A stretch of DNA of 63,395 nucleotides, counting the filler, from Trichosphaerium sp. ATCC 40318 (Eukaryota; Protista; Tubulinea), in NCBI GenBank assembly GCA_038496445.1. It is 3 parts of 3 records of this genome, joined end to end, with 100 filler letters (N's around TTAATTAATTAA, not from the genome) between each part and the next. Parts side by side here need not be neighbours in the genome. Positions count along the whole stretch, not along the records: positions 26,253 to 56,400 come from JALMLS010000067.1; positions 56,501 to 63,395 come from JALMLS010000362.1; 1 more part is not named here. The stretch is one strand, 5' to 3'. Below are positions 46,431 through 60,010 of the stretch, piece after piece (within the stretch, counting starts at the first letter, position 1; the number at the start of each line of letters is the position of its first letter). The notes beneath the pieces are model-generated. The model did no database searches. It had not been told where the DNA came from and saw only the letters and a program-made list of their open reading frames with translations. A program made the translations under genes and the position numbers.

Positions 46431-49400
46431 CTAAATCTCCAATACATCCTGAACTTTACTCGTGACGGAAACCTTTTTGTACTTTTTCTTGAGGTATTTT
46501 GCCTTCGACACGTCTCCTAATACTTGTTAACAAAAAATCATGTGATTAATAAAAGGGGTAGTTAACATACCACAAAAAACAATAATAGGTGTTTTGGCAC
46601 ATGTTTTCATTTTTCTAATGCTCTTGATCAATTTCTCTGCTGCTAGCTCGTCTTCATCACCTTTTCGATATCTATTTGTGATGATACGTAACCTGTTGTT
46701 ACAGAACCCTTTGAATTTATCAATCCATCCCAAGACCTCAAATGATGACTTCATTACCAATACCTTTGTAGTTCTTTAGATGAATGGCTGTATTTGGTTT
46801 GTGTACCTCTGTCTTCTTTGGCCTGTTTTTAAGCATTTCCATAATCTTCTTGTTTTCAACTGATAGATTAGCGTCAACCCACAAAACAAGACATTTAGCA
46901 TCCCTGTACTTGGGTCCATATGAGTCGATATTGGTACTGTCTATTGCTTTGTAGTATACAAGGTATCGTGGAAGAATCTAAATCATGAAATAAGAACACA
47001 TCGTGGCTATGGTGATGTCTACATACTTGGTTTTTTGAAAATACAACAATCTCGTTTTGATCTATTTTATCGTCAATGCCACATGGAAACCCAGTTGATT
47101 TAGTGAGGACATAGTGAGAATCATAACCTTTCTAAAAACAAAACTATAAGAAGTCACATAAGAAAAAAAAGAGTTGTACCTTGCATTCTTTTCCAAGAAG
47201 AGAGTTGGGATCACCTGGCACTGGTTGTTCTGTCACTGGATAAGGTTTTCCCATCATTATCCATGATATCAACATGCATGGATTCTTCTCCTTTTTATCC
47301 CATTCAGCATACTTCCTTCCTACCTCAATTGTTAATACAAGAATACAAATTGGTACATGGGTAGTGGCCAAGAGTTGTATAAAATGACTTACCACAATCA
47401 GGATACTGAGTAAAGTAAATCCCATTTCCTGGTTACAATTAGTTAATTAAACTAACTTGTTACTAAGCCATACCAAAGTATCCTGGATCTTTCTTGTTTG
47501 TATTCTCATGTGGTTCTCTAAAGTTGCTCCAAGCGATCTTAAAACAGTATCCTAAATAAAATCTAAGGTTAACTATTTCTTGGTACTGATGAGAATAATG
47601 TGATGTACCTCTGATGTACCGTGTAATCCAGGTATGAGGTTGATTTGCTCATTGCCTGAAACACGCATCACATGGCTTTTCAAATGATTCAAAGTCCGTT
47701 CTTGTAATTTACGTGTATCTTCATCCACAGTGGAATTGTCATTCACATCTAAACTATTAGAAAAAGCTGACCAAGGGTGTGACTTGCCTGATTTTTTGGA
47801 TTGAAGTACTTTCTTGACAAAAGTATTGTATTGCTCCTCGAATTTGTCTTCAGGTGTTGGATTGTTAAAGAACGCAATCTTCTCCAACTCATAAAATGAA
47901 GCACTGTCAGTTCCCATGAACTCATAAAACATGTTGCTAGCCCTCAAATACTCATCATAACGTTCCTTATATCAATTAGTAAGAAAGTCATGGTATTCAA
48001 ATGTGGTTTGTACCTTGCTTTTCTCATCTTTTGTGAGAAACGTGATTTGTAACCCAGGATACTTTTGAGGTGTTTCCCAGTCACCTATTTTCAGAAATCT
48101 TTCTCCATGCAAGCTACCCCATATATTATGTCGTGCATGTTCGAGTAAAGGAAATCCTTCTTTTAAATGACTCTCAGTGACAACATGTTCTAAGAAATAA
48201 TCAGTTTGTTAACTTGGAAATATGCCATCTGGTTGTATAATATATGACAACTACATGTGTATAAATGTATGCCTAATACACTCACTTGTCTTTTTGCACT
48301 CATACGAATTGTTTGTAACCTCAACAAACTCTCCAAATTGTATGCTGACTGGACATAGCGGAACCGGAGTGATGTCCAAAGGTTTTAGGTATCAGGTCTA
48401 AAAAAATATACCAGTTTTTTTGGTATATACCACTTTTATACCACTTTTTTATACCAGTTTTTTATGGTATATACCAAAAAAAGTGGTATATTTTGACCGA
48501 AATATACCAAAAAAAGTGGTATATTGACCAAATATACCAACAATATACCAAAAAAAACAGGTATAAAAGCAGAAAATATACCACTTTTTTTCACCAGAAA
48601 AAAAAAAATATACCACTTTTTTATACCACTTTTTTTAGGTATATACCAGGTATATACCACTTTTTTATACCAGTTTTTCATGGTATATACCACTTTTATA
48701 TACCACTTTATGCCTACTTATGGTACACCTGCAATTCCAGAAAATACACTTTATTTAATACACAGTTTGTGAGCTACAAGTTTTGGACAATGTCCACTAC
48801 AGTTACATTACTATGGGCATCTGGAAAATTCGTCCATCTCTATGAGCTTGCTGTACCTACTGTAAAAACATGCTGCGCACCTAATGAAAGTGGTCCCACC
48901 TGAATCCATCAATTACTAAGGCCTACGGAGGTCGGTTAATGTATATCAAACGAAAATAAAATAAAACTTTGTCTGGTACCCACGAACGTCTGTATAATAC
49001 CTGCAATGTATGTTCCTTAATGTTGGTACTGGAATCAGATCCTGTGGTTCGAATGAGCTTGGTTTGGTTAGATTCTATGATATACTAAGGTCCCTACGCA
49101 CCGTTCAATGTATGACATCTATGATCGTTCAACAAGAAAACCCATTACCAAAAAGCTCCTTAATGACCTTCTTGAAGCATACCATAAAAGTGGTATATAC
49201 CAATAAAAAGGTGGTATATACCACATACCATAAAAAAGTGGTATATACCACTTTATATACCATTTTTAGAAGGTCTCATTATGTGAATGAAAAGTGGTAT
49301 ATACCACTTCCATATACCACTTTTTTATTCACTTAATTTCTAAAAAAAGTGGTATATCAAAATGGTATATACCAGTTCATATACCATTTTGTTGAAAAAA

Positions 49401-51108
49401 GTGGTATATACCATAAAAAAACTGGTATATACCACTTTAATTTTTAGACCTGATGTATCAAGAGATTCCTAAAGATTTCAATGTTTAAACTTCTAGTTCA
49501 TGTTATTACCATCCATAGCCGCGGTGCTATGCCTCTAATGACAACTTTGATGCTATGATCAATATAATATAATGTGATGATATTGCCATAGAAATCAGAG
49601 AGTACAATCAAGTTTGAAAACAAACGAAACTCTTTGTTTTGGAACTCTATTGTAAGTGTTTAGTATCTAATCATAATCATAAACCGTTCATGTTGGCATA
49701 CTTCTCAGTCTTCTCTGCAAGTCATTAAATATGTCTATAGGTAGATCTTGCGAGTTAAAAGTGTATGCCAAGAACTTTGAAACATGTGGTATGACCTCAT
49801 ATTGATCAGGTAGTGACTAACACGTGATATTGTTAGTTTTGATTGTTGAAATACGCCGTACTATTTTATTGGTTTCCTTGTTTATGGTGACTGTTTCTAC
49901 CACTTTATGTTCAACTTTAGAGTCTTTTGTAGGTGTACGATAATATCTTCCACTTTGTTGGTGATTTAGATATAGAGAATATTTGTGGGTTCTTGTTCTT
50001 TGCCTGAACTAACGTGATACTTTGCTCCTTTTGGGTCAATGGAGGAAAGTAAAGCATATCAGCTTTAGGTAATAGCGATATAATAAGGTATCCATCAGCG
50101 CCATACACAACCTGAATAACTACATTGAGAAAAAGTTGTAGAGTACATGCAATATCTGTTACCTTTTCTTTTTCTGTCAAGCGAACGCAGAACGACATTT
50201 GTACCAAGAAGTCCATCACCTGCTTCACTTCACGTTTAGTGCATTTTGGAAATAGCTTTGAGATTCGAGATTTAGCTTCTGAGTCAGTGAATACAGCATG
50301 ATGATTGTGAGTGTTGTTTTTGATCAATCTATCAAGATGTTCTTTGGGTGCTAGAAATGCACTCATGATATGAGATAGAATAGGAGGGTTCAAACATAGC
50401 ATGTATGACGACTAAATATGGTAAAATCTTAGCAAGCATACTGCTCTTATTTTGAGAAGCACATACCTCATCAAACATGATGCTACCAATGGAATGAAGG
50501 TAATTTAATGCTGCAACCAATTCTATTGGAGACATTGTACACGTCTTGGGTATCACTTCTAATACTTTCCTCCTAATTAAATACTTGATCAGCAAAAGCA
50601 AGATCCACTGCAGCTAACACACAACATACACTGATATGATGTTACCCTTTAGGGTATCCTTGTTTGTGATTGTATTCTCAAGTCCTTTTTTTATGTCCAT
50701 GTAGATCAATGGTACTTTTGGATATTGGGCCTTCAAGTACTTGGCTTGATGATCCAATAATTTAACAAGAGCACTTGTTCCTAAACAACAAGGATAAGCG
50801 ATTATAATAATGTACAAAGATAGTACCGTCTAAACACAAGTACTGTACTAGTGATAGTCCAATGCGAATAAAGGCCTGTGTATTGGCCTTGATATCGCCT
50901 AAAAAGATATCCAGCTTGGATCCAAATACAATCACTGTGTATAGCTCTGGGTCTGATCATGTGGGTCATACCACATATTTGAGGTGCTTGTTGCACTTTG
51001 ATTTGACAAGTCTCCTAAAGTTAATGAATGATTGGAACAAGTGTGAAAGAACTGAACGATGAAGGAAAATTGTGATTGAACTAAACACTTAAATTGAGTT
51101 GCCTTGCT
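46431..51108 (-). pseudogene. Roco-ART paralogue (Roc end, COR, complete ART, receiver-like domain), disrupted by a MITE, 5' part missing at the fold-back junction
   Basis: High similarity to ~33090-36030; continues NEIVVFQKNQ/ILPRYLVYY then LVLWVDAN..LRIITNRYR..TPIIVFCG. Confidence 0.85.
48393..49452. mobile_element. Non-autonomous TIR element (MITE-like, 1060 bp) with AT target duplication
   Basis: Termini CAGGTCTAAAAA/TTTTTAGACCTG; many subterminal GTGGTATATACCAC palindromes. Removing it plus one AT restores LDTYLKPLD, matching LDAYLKSLD in the uninterrupted paralogue. Confidence 0.92.
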
Positions 51109-54100
51109 AACAAAGAGTTTCGTTTGTTTTCAAACTTGATTGTACTCTCTGATTTCTATGGCAATATCATCACATTATATTTATATTGATCATAGCATCA
51201 AAGTTGTCATTAGAGGCATAGCACCGCGGCTATGGATGGTAATAACATGAACTAGAAGTTTAAACATTGAAATCTTTAGGAAATCTCTTGATACATCAGG
51301 TCTAAAAATTAAAGTGGTATATACCAGTTTTTTTATGGTATTATACCACTTTTTTCAACAAATGGTATATGAACTGGTATATACCATTTTGATATACCAC
51401 TTTTTTTAGAAATTAGTGAATAAAAAAGTGGTATATGGAAGTGGTATATACCACTTTTCATTCACATAATGAGACCTTCTAAAAAATGGTATATAAAGTG
51501 GTATATACCACTTTTTTATGGTATGTGGTATATACCACCTTTTTATTGGTATATACCACTTTTATGGTATGCTTCAAGAAGGTCATTAAGGAGCTTTTTG
51601 GTAATGGGTTTTCTTGTTGAACGATCATAGATGTCATACATTGAACGGTGCGTAGGGACCTTAGTATATCATAGAATCGAACCAAACCAAGGCTCATTCG
51701 AACCACAGGATCTGATTCCAGTACCAACATTAAGGAACATACATTGCAGGTATTATACAGACGTTCGTGGGTACCAGACAATGTTTTATTTTATTTTCGT
51801 TTGATATACATTAACCGACCTCCGTAGGCTTAGTAATTGATGGATTCAGGTGGGAACACTTTCATTAGGTGCGCAGCATGTTTTTACAGTAGGTACAGAA
51901 AGCTCATAGAGATGGACGAATTTTCCAGATGCCCATAGTAATGTAACTGTAGTGGACATTGTCCAAAACTTGTAGCTCACAAACTGTGTATTAAATAAAG
52001 TGTATATTTTCTGGAATTGCAGGTGTACCATAAGTAGGCATAAAGTGGTATATAAAAGTGGTATATACCATGAAAAACTGGTATAAAAAAGTGGTATATA
52101 CCTGGTATATACCTAAAAAAAGTGGTATAAAAAGTGGTATATTTTTTTTTTTCTGGTGAAAAAAAAGTGGTATATTTTCTGCTTTTATACCTGTTTTTTT
52201 TGGTATATTGTTGGTATATTTGGTCAATATACCACTTTTTTTGGTATATTTCGGTCAAAATATACCACTTTTTTTGGTATATACCATAAAAAACTGGTAT
52301 AAAAAAGTGGTATATAAAGTGGTATATACCAAAAAAACTGGTATATTTTTTTAGACCTGATACCTAAAACCTTGGACATCACTCGGTTCCGCTATGTCCA
52401 GTCAGCATACAATTTGGAGAGTTTGTTGAGGTTACAAACAATTCGTATGAGTGCAAAAAGACAAGTGAGTGTATTAGGCATACATTTATACACATGTAGT
52501 TGTCATATATTATACAACCAGATGGCATATTTCCAAGTTAACAAACTGATTATTTCTTAGAAACATGTTGTCACTGAGAGTCATTTAAAAGAAGGATTTC
52601 CTTTACTCGAACATGCACGACATAATATATGGGGTAGCTTGCATGGAGAAAGATTTCTGAAAATAGGTGACTGGGAAACACCTCAAAAGTATCCTGGGTT
52701 ACAAATCACGTTTCTCACAAAAGATGAGAAAAGCAAGGTACAAACCACATTTGAATACCATGACTTTCTTACTAATTGATATAAGGAACGTTATGATGAG
52801 TATTTGAGGGCTAGCAACATGTTTTATGAGTTCATGGGAACTGACAGTGCTTCATTTTATGAGTTGGAGAAGATTGCGTTCTTTAACAATCCAAAACCTG
52901 AAGACAAATTCGAGGAGCAATACAATACTTTTGTCAAGAAAGTACTTCAATCCAAAAAATCAGGCAAGTCACACCCTTGGTCAGCTTTTTCTAATAGTTT
53001 AGATGTGAATGACAATTCCACTGTGGATGAAGATACACGTAAATTACAAGAACGGACTTTGAATCATTTGAAAGCCATGTGATGCGTGTTTCAGGCAATG
53101 AGCAAATCAACCTCATACCTGGATTACACGGTACATCAGAGGTACATCACATTATTCTCATCAGTACCAAGAAATAGTTAACCTTAGATTTTATTTAGGA
53201 TACTGTTTTAAGATCGCTTGGAACAACTTTAGAGAACCACATGAGAATACAAACAAGAAAGATCCAGGATACTTTGGTATGGCTTAGTAACAAGTTAGTT
53301 TAATTAACTAATTGTAACCAGGAAATGGGGATTTACTTTACTCAGTATCCTGATTGTGGTAAGTCATTTTATACAACTCTTAGGCACTACCATGTACCAA
53401 TTTGTATTCTTGTATTAACAATTGAGGTAGGAAGGAAGTATGCTGAATGGGATAAAAAGGAGAAGAATCCATGCATGTTGATATCATGGATAATGATGGG
53501 AAAACCTTATCCAGTGACAGAACAACCAGTGCCAGGTGATCCAACTCTCTTCTTGGAAAAGAATGCAAGGTACAACTCTTTTTTTTCTTATGTGACTTCT
53601 TATAGTTTTGTTTTTAGAAAGGTTATGATTCTCACTATGTCCTCACTAAATCAACTGGGTTTCCATGTGGCATTGACGATAAAATAGATCAAAACGAGAT
53701 TGTTGTATTTCAAAAAAACCAAGTATGTAGACATCCCCATAGCCACGATGTGTTCTTTTTTCATGATTTAGATTCTTCCACGATACCTTGTATACTACAA
53801 AGCAATAGACAGTTACCAATATCGACTCATATGGACTCAAGTACAGGGATGCTAAATGTCTTGTTTTGTGGGTTGACGCTAATCTATCAGTTGAAAACAA
53901 GAAGATTATGGAAATGCTTAAAACAGGCCAAAGAAGACAGAGGTACACAAACCAAATACAGCCATTCATCTAAAGAAACTACAAAGGTATTGGTAATGAA
54001 GTCATCATTTGAGTCTTGGGATGGATTGATAAATTCAAAGGGTTCTGTAACAACAGGTTACGTATCATCACAAATAGATATCGAAAAGGTGATGAAGACG

Positions 54101-56400
54101 AGCTAGCAGCAGAGAAATTGATCAAGAGCATTAGAAAATTGAAAAATGTGCCAAAACACCTATTATTGTTTTTTGTGGTATGTATAACTACCCCTTTATT
54201 AATCACATGATTTTTTGTTAACAAGTATTAGGAGACGTGTCGAAGGCAAAATACCTCAAGAAAAAGTACAAAAAGGTTCCGTCACGAGTAAAGTTCAGGA
54301 TGTATTGGAGATTTAGGAGTTTAAGAGTTACAAAAGTTTAGGGTGTACACCAATGAACCAGATAATAAAGATACAGTTATCCGCCAGCTCTTTAAAGACC
54401 TCACAGGAAACGTGGAATTCGCGGGCACTTATAGTAGTAATATCTGTACCTCATATTCCTGCTATTTGTTATACATTCAAAGTATCAATGGCCCCCAGGT
54501 ACTCGCATTGAAGATGTCAAAAAGGTGTACAAGCCAATGGCTAGATTCACAAATTTATCGATACTTTTGGAGCGTAGACACACGTGTAAAAGGTTCACTC
54601 ATGCTCACCACTACAAAAACAGCATTTGTTTAACAGCCAGCGTATTAAGCGTTTATAAACTTGAAACGTTCCTCAAGCACTAGATTGTGCTGAAACTAGT
54701 ATTACTGAACGGTGACATGCAAAATCGCCACTTTTTGTTGCCACTTTTTTTGGTGTTTTTTTTTTTTGTTTGTAGTTAACGTGTTATGTGTAGGCGTTGG
54801 TTGTTGATTCAAACAGCGGAAGGTACAGTACCATGAACGGCTAGGCAAAAAAGGTGGAGATTTCCTTTCGCATAGTCAGTTTGGGTCATTGTGGTGAGGA
54901 ACGGGCTGTCTTCCCTTTATATATGGTTTAAATACTCTCAACTGGTTTTTTAACCTGTAATTTATTAATAAAGCCCAATTTTACAAAAAAAAAAACAGTT
55001 TTGTTGTACCTTCACGTGATTTTTGTCGCCGGCTGTACTGTAGAAAAAAAAATAAAAATAAAAAATTATTGTAACGTACAATACCTGCCTATTCAGAGTT
55101 ATAAGAATGTGATGAGTGTAGTGTGCTGCGTGAAAACTCAATAAATTCGCAGTCTTACAACCGTGTAGCCTAATGGAGGCGTAAATGGAGAAAAGACTAT
55201 GAGGCATAACCCAAATCAGATTCCCCCATAAACGCTAGGCGATTTACCTGCGCAGAAGGACAAGGAAAAAATTTGAGTGAAATGTGCCTGCAGAAATCGC
55301 ATCTCTTTCCCTTGGCACAATCGAGAAAACAAAAAAGAATCAGTCGAATGCAAATGCATTTGAAGAAAATGCAGCTAAGCGTGACGTCTGAAAGCCCTTT
55401 TGTTGTACCCGATGAACAAGCCCACAGGGAGTGCACGGTGACCATGGGTTCCGCCCATCGTGTAGCACATTTATGGTGACTGACTATCACGCCCAAGCAA
55501 CACTCAAAATACAGGAGTGCGCTCAAGTGTGATGGTAAGCACGAGGACCTGGATGCTGTCGTCTTCTACCACGTAAGCCCCTATGAAACATGTGTAATAA
55601 ACATAGCAACATAGGCAGTGGTAATCAACTTCTGGCTCCAACACAACCTTTCGTCTGAGGTGATGACAGTGTTCTGTAGTTACAGAACACTGTCTATCAA
55701 GGCATAACAAAAAGGGGTATGTGGTAATTGCAGCTTTAATACTGTGTCCACTCCCAGAATGAAGAGTTCTCTTCTATCATTATAACGCATGTTTTAGTAC
55801 AAAGCGTAGAAATGTTAATCGAGTTCTTGGGTTATGAGACTGTACTCTCAAAGATACAGCAACACAACCACTTCAATAGTGTGTGATGTTAGTGGCACAA
55901 AATACTCTCAAGTGCTTTGTATCATTAGAACACAGACATTGTCACAATACAATATTGTCCTGAGTGGATCAATGTTTATTGTACAACATGGACACCTGTA
56001 CTCCTCCTTCATCTTATCTCTGTCAAATGAAATGACAGATTGATAAGAGATGTCGATCGAGTCATTGTCCATTAGACATGTTGAAAATTGTAGCCCTGAG
56101 TGGGCAAACAGTTCAATACAACATGAGCTGAAGCCCTTGAGTGGGCAACAACTACTTGTGTACCAAAGCACATGTTCTTTTCTAGCATTAGAACACTCTT
56201 TTGGAGTGTAGAAATGATAAGTGTTGCTTTCATCACATAGACTACAACCTTCATAACATAGCATCATGCTTGATGTGCTCTTTTAACATTACAACACCAA
56301 CAATGAGTGTAATAAAGTTAATCGACGCATTGACTAGCTCAAGAATATGTAGCAACTCCAGTAGTTGTCACATTCAAACTCAGTTCAAGTTTTTAATGAG
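51109..56400. repeat. Inverted duplicate of 44343-49638 (includes MITE copy 51297-52359, Roco-ART 3' part, MULE right end and RNA cargo 55150-56400); probable fold-back artefact
   Basis: Near-identical reverse complement with scattered 1-bp indels, running exactly to the contig end. Confidence 0.9.
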
Positions 56401-56500
56401 NNNNNNNNNNNNNNNNNNNNNNNNNNNNNNNNNNNNNNNNNNNNTTAATTAATTAANNNNNNNNNNNNNNNNNNNNNNNNNNNNNNNNNNNNNNNNNNNN
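56401..56500. other. Artificial contig linker
   Basis: N-run with TTAATTAATTAA. Confidence 0.99.
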
Positions 56501-56868
56501 GTGTATCCTTTACAATGTCATTGTCTCTTTTTTGAATGAAACTATGCCAAAGCTATTGGAGTATGTTTGTCAAACATATCTCACCAAATCTAAATGGATG
56601 GTCTGACTATACTTTGAAATATTCATCTAACAAAGAAAAAGCTATACAAAACAGTTTTGTTATGCATTGTATTTGGAAGTGTAGGAATTCTCTTTTTTTT
56701 GACAATGAAATACCTCACAAAAAAGTCATGTTTTGGCACCAACAAAACATTCTTATTACACTCAATATAAATAACTCTCAATGTGTATCATTGTTAGATG
56801 AAGAAAAATTTACACAGATAGAAATTATGGGAAAGCTTCAAGCTAAATGGCCAACTTTATTTTTTTGA
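56501..56868 (+). mobile_element. 3' fragment of a non-LTR (L1/Tx1-like) retrotransposon ORF2
   Basis: HCIWKCRNSLFFD matches the IWxxRNxxxF motif downstream of the RT zinc finger. Confidence 0.6.
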
Positions 56869-57057
56869 ACTATATGAAAAACAACTTGTAAAAAAATGCA
56901 TGCATGGCCTGTATGTGTGGCATGTACTTTTGAACTGTATCTAATTTGTATGTGGCATGTACTTTTAACATGTACATAAAAAAGGTAAAAAAAAATTTGC
57001 CCAAAAATCTGGCATTTGGTAGCCAAAAAATTCAAAAAAAAATCTCAAAAAATAACA

Positions 57058-58689
57058 GACAGCTTGTAGTCACAAGGTACGAAACCATGTATTATTAATA
57101 AAAGAGGGTGTTTTAGGATTATTAGGGCATTTACTTAAAAACTAGAGGAGAAAACTTAATAAAGTGCAAAATGTAGCTTTTTGCTGTGTTTTGTTGTTTT
57201 ATTGCATAACTTAGGTCTCTCTGTACGAACCACTCAGAAAATGTAGCATTAGGTATAATTAGGTACAATGCATGGTTTCATGGTGGTTTGGGGTTCAGTG
57301 TACCATTTTTAGGCAAAAACGACAGAAAATATGTATTTGGAGTAGTTTAAGGATATTATGGCTTAATAGCTCTATTAAACCACTTTTTAAAGGCGATTAT
57401 GGGTTTCAAGCATTTTTCTGAAATAGTCGTTAAGTTGTGGTGGTTAAGTTGCAGTTGCAGGTTGATAAGGCATGATGATAGAAATATCTCCTGAAACATG
57501 GTCGTTTAGTGGTAATGTATTGTAATGTATTGTATGTAGTGTATTGTAATGTATTGTAATGTATATGTAGTTGTAATTACCAATAAACCAATCCATCGTT
57601 TTTAGTATTTTTTGTTCAAAACGAGGCAAAATTCCAACTTTTGACACGTACAATATACGTACGTGGCACGTACTTTTCACACATACAATATACATACGTG
57701 GCACGTACTTTTCACACATACAATATACATACGTGGCACGTACTTTTCACACGTACAATATACATACATGGCACGTACTTTTCACACGTACAATATACGT
57801 ACGTGGCACGTACTTTTCACACGTACAATATACGTACGTGCCACGTACTTTTCACACGGATGAAATACGTACGTGGCACGTATTTTGACACGTACAATAT
57901 ACGTACGTGCCACGTACTTTTTCACACGTACAATATACGTACTTCACACGTACTTCCGATTTTACTACTGATGTCAAAAGTATGGAACTCGTACAGATAG
58001 AGTATGGGTCAAAAAGTACGGATCCTGTACAGGTTTTGTACAGGTCAAAAGTACAGAACCTGTACAGGTTAGGTACAGGTCAAAATATGTGTCGGCAGTT
58101 ATAATTGTGTACACAAAATAGTAAAAACGATGGATTGGTTTATTGTTTTCTTAACTATTACAAGTACATTTACATTACAACACATTACAATACATTACAT
58201 TACATTACAACCTCATTACCACTAAATAACCATGTTTTTGTCTTGTCCTGTTTGAGGAGATATTTTAGACATCATGCCTTAATTGTCCTAAAACCCAACT
58301 TAATATCCACAGCTTAACGGCTATTTCAGAAAAATGCTTGAAACCCATAATTGCCCTTAAAAAGTGGTTTAATAGAGCTATTAGGCCATAATATCCTTAA
58401 ACTACTCCAAATACATATTTTCTGTCATTTTTGCCTAAAAATGGTGAGTTGATCCCCAAACCACCATGAAACCATGCATCGTACCTAAATATACCTAATG
58501 CTACATTTTCTGAGCAGTTCGTATAATCAGACCAAAGTTATGCAATAAAACAACAAAATTCAGCAAAAAGCTACATTTTGCACTTTATTAAGTTTTCTCC
58601 TCTACTTTTTAAGTAAATGCCCTAATAACCTTAAAACACCATCTCCTATTAATAATACATGTTTTTGTACCTTATGATTACAAGCTGTC
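57058..58689. mobile_element. Foldback-type element: ~560-bp inverted arms (57058-57615 and 58110-58689) around a tandem array
   Basis: Arms are diverged reverse complements (GACAGCTTGTA..AGTGCAAAATGTAGC vs GCTACATTTTGCACT..TACAAGCTGTC); degenerate extension further out. Confidence 0.8.
57640..57955. repeat. 35-bp tandem repeat CACGTACAATATACGTACGTGGCACGTACTTTTCA, about 9 copies
   Basis: Period read directly (TACTTTT at 57671 and 57706); decayed units also near 56910-56975. Confidence 0.92.
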
Positions 58690-59899
58690 ATTTAATTGCA
58701 GTAATTTTTTTTTGGATTTTTTGATCACCAAATCCAAACAAAATTTGATGGCCAAATTTTTTTTTTGATTGCAAGTGTATACTGATGGTTGTGGTTTTGG
58801 CACACATGTGATATATGTGTACACATACATTGTATGGAAAAAGAGGAGTATGTTCTGTATCCAATAGTTACAATTTTTCATATTATTTAATTGTACTCTA
58901 CCTGTATGGATTGTTGGTTTTTGGGTATTTTTAGATTTTTCCACCTACTTTTAAAGCCATGCTGATACAAACCTAACTACTGCTTACTAGGGTGAAAATA
59001 CATGTTTTATTGTTAACAATTGGAGGTGATCAGCTTTGGGGTGAGATGGTTGAGTTTTGAGTTTGCCAATTTTTTTATTTTGAATTTTTGGCCAAATTTC
59101 TATTAAGGACAGGTCATGGTTAAAACATGCAAATGGCACATTTTGGGCATGTTTATTGCAAATATACAACACGCAAATGGCACATTTTGGACACGTTTTG
59201 GGCACATTTATTTTCCACACAAATGACACATTTTAAGTATGTGTATTTTGTCTGATTCCACCACTGTACCAAATTACAGTACATTCAATACAAGATTTCA
59301 AGCTTTGTTGTTTTTGCACATCACACAACAAATTTAAATAAGTTCCACTAGTGGCTTCAATTGCACACTGTCCTGAAAGTGCATGTCAAGCCCTCTGTAC
59401 ATCTTCAATCTGATGCCACAATAGAAACAACAAGAAAACAGCTTGATGTGGCCCTTTGTAGGCTCATCCAAGAGAGTCACAATAGCAGCAGGAAGTTTAT
59501 ACTTCTCATGTGCAAATTCCACACAGTGCTCAAAGAGCCACTTTGTCGTCTTTTGAGTTGTCATGTCTGTGCTGTTCACAGTGTTCTTTATGTAAATTGC
59601 AGCAGTCATTGCAATGGTTCTGCACACAAAGTTAGCACAATGATTTATGCACCCAGCTCACAGATGTGTCCTGTACAATGGCTTATGCCACAGTGATGTA
59701 GTGGTGGAATTGGAAACCAGCAAAGAATTTGTAACTTTTTACCTAAAATGGAGCCAAAAAATACAATACTGGCCTAAAAACAATGCCAAGCTGATCTTTC
59801 AAAGTCTTTTCTTTGTTGGATAAATATTTCAAAGTATTGTCTGAACACTCATTTAAATCTGGGGAAATATGGTATTTTCTCCAAACAATTCTTAATTGC

Positions 59900-60010
59900 A
59901 GTTATTGAGCCATAATATCCTTAATCTACCCTAAATACCTATTTTTTATCATTTTTGCCTAAAAAAAGAGCATTGAACCCCAAACCACCATGAAACCATG
60001 CATCATACCT
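59900..60010. repeat. Third partial copy of the foldback arm sequence
   Basis: GCCATAATATCCTTAA..TTTTTGCCTAAAA..CCCCAAACCACCATGAAACCATGCATC matches 58385-58480. Confidence 0.75.

Noticed and set aside
48393-49452. MITE acting as a clean Introner
   Set aside because: Splicing at its terminal GT/AG leaves 10 extra nt (CAG+ACCTG+AT), a frameshift.
44343-56400. Giant palindrome (5.3-kb arms) as a biological structure
   Set aside because: The second arm differs mainly by 1-bp indels, the sequence at ~50930-51110 is garbled relative to the paralogue, the junction has only AA microhomology, and it runs to the contig end. This fits an amplification or long-read fold-back chimera; independent spanning reads would be needed.
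59334-59696. Zinc-finger gene (CHVC..HCNGSAH)
   Set aside because: Short and within CpG-decayed repeat DNA, where TG/CA excess inflates Cys and His codons; at most a remnant.
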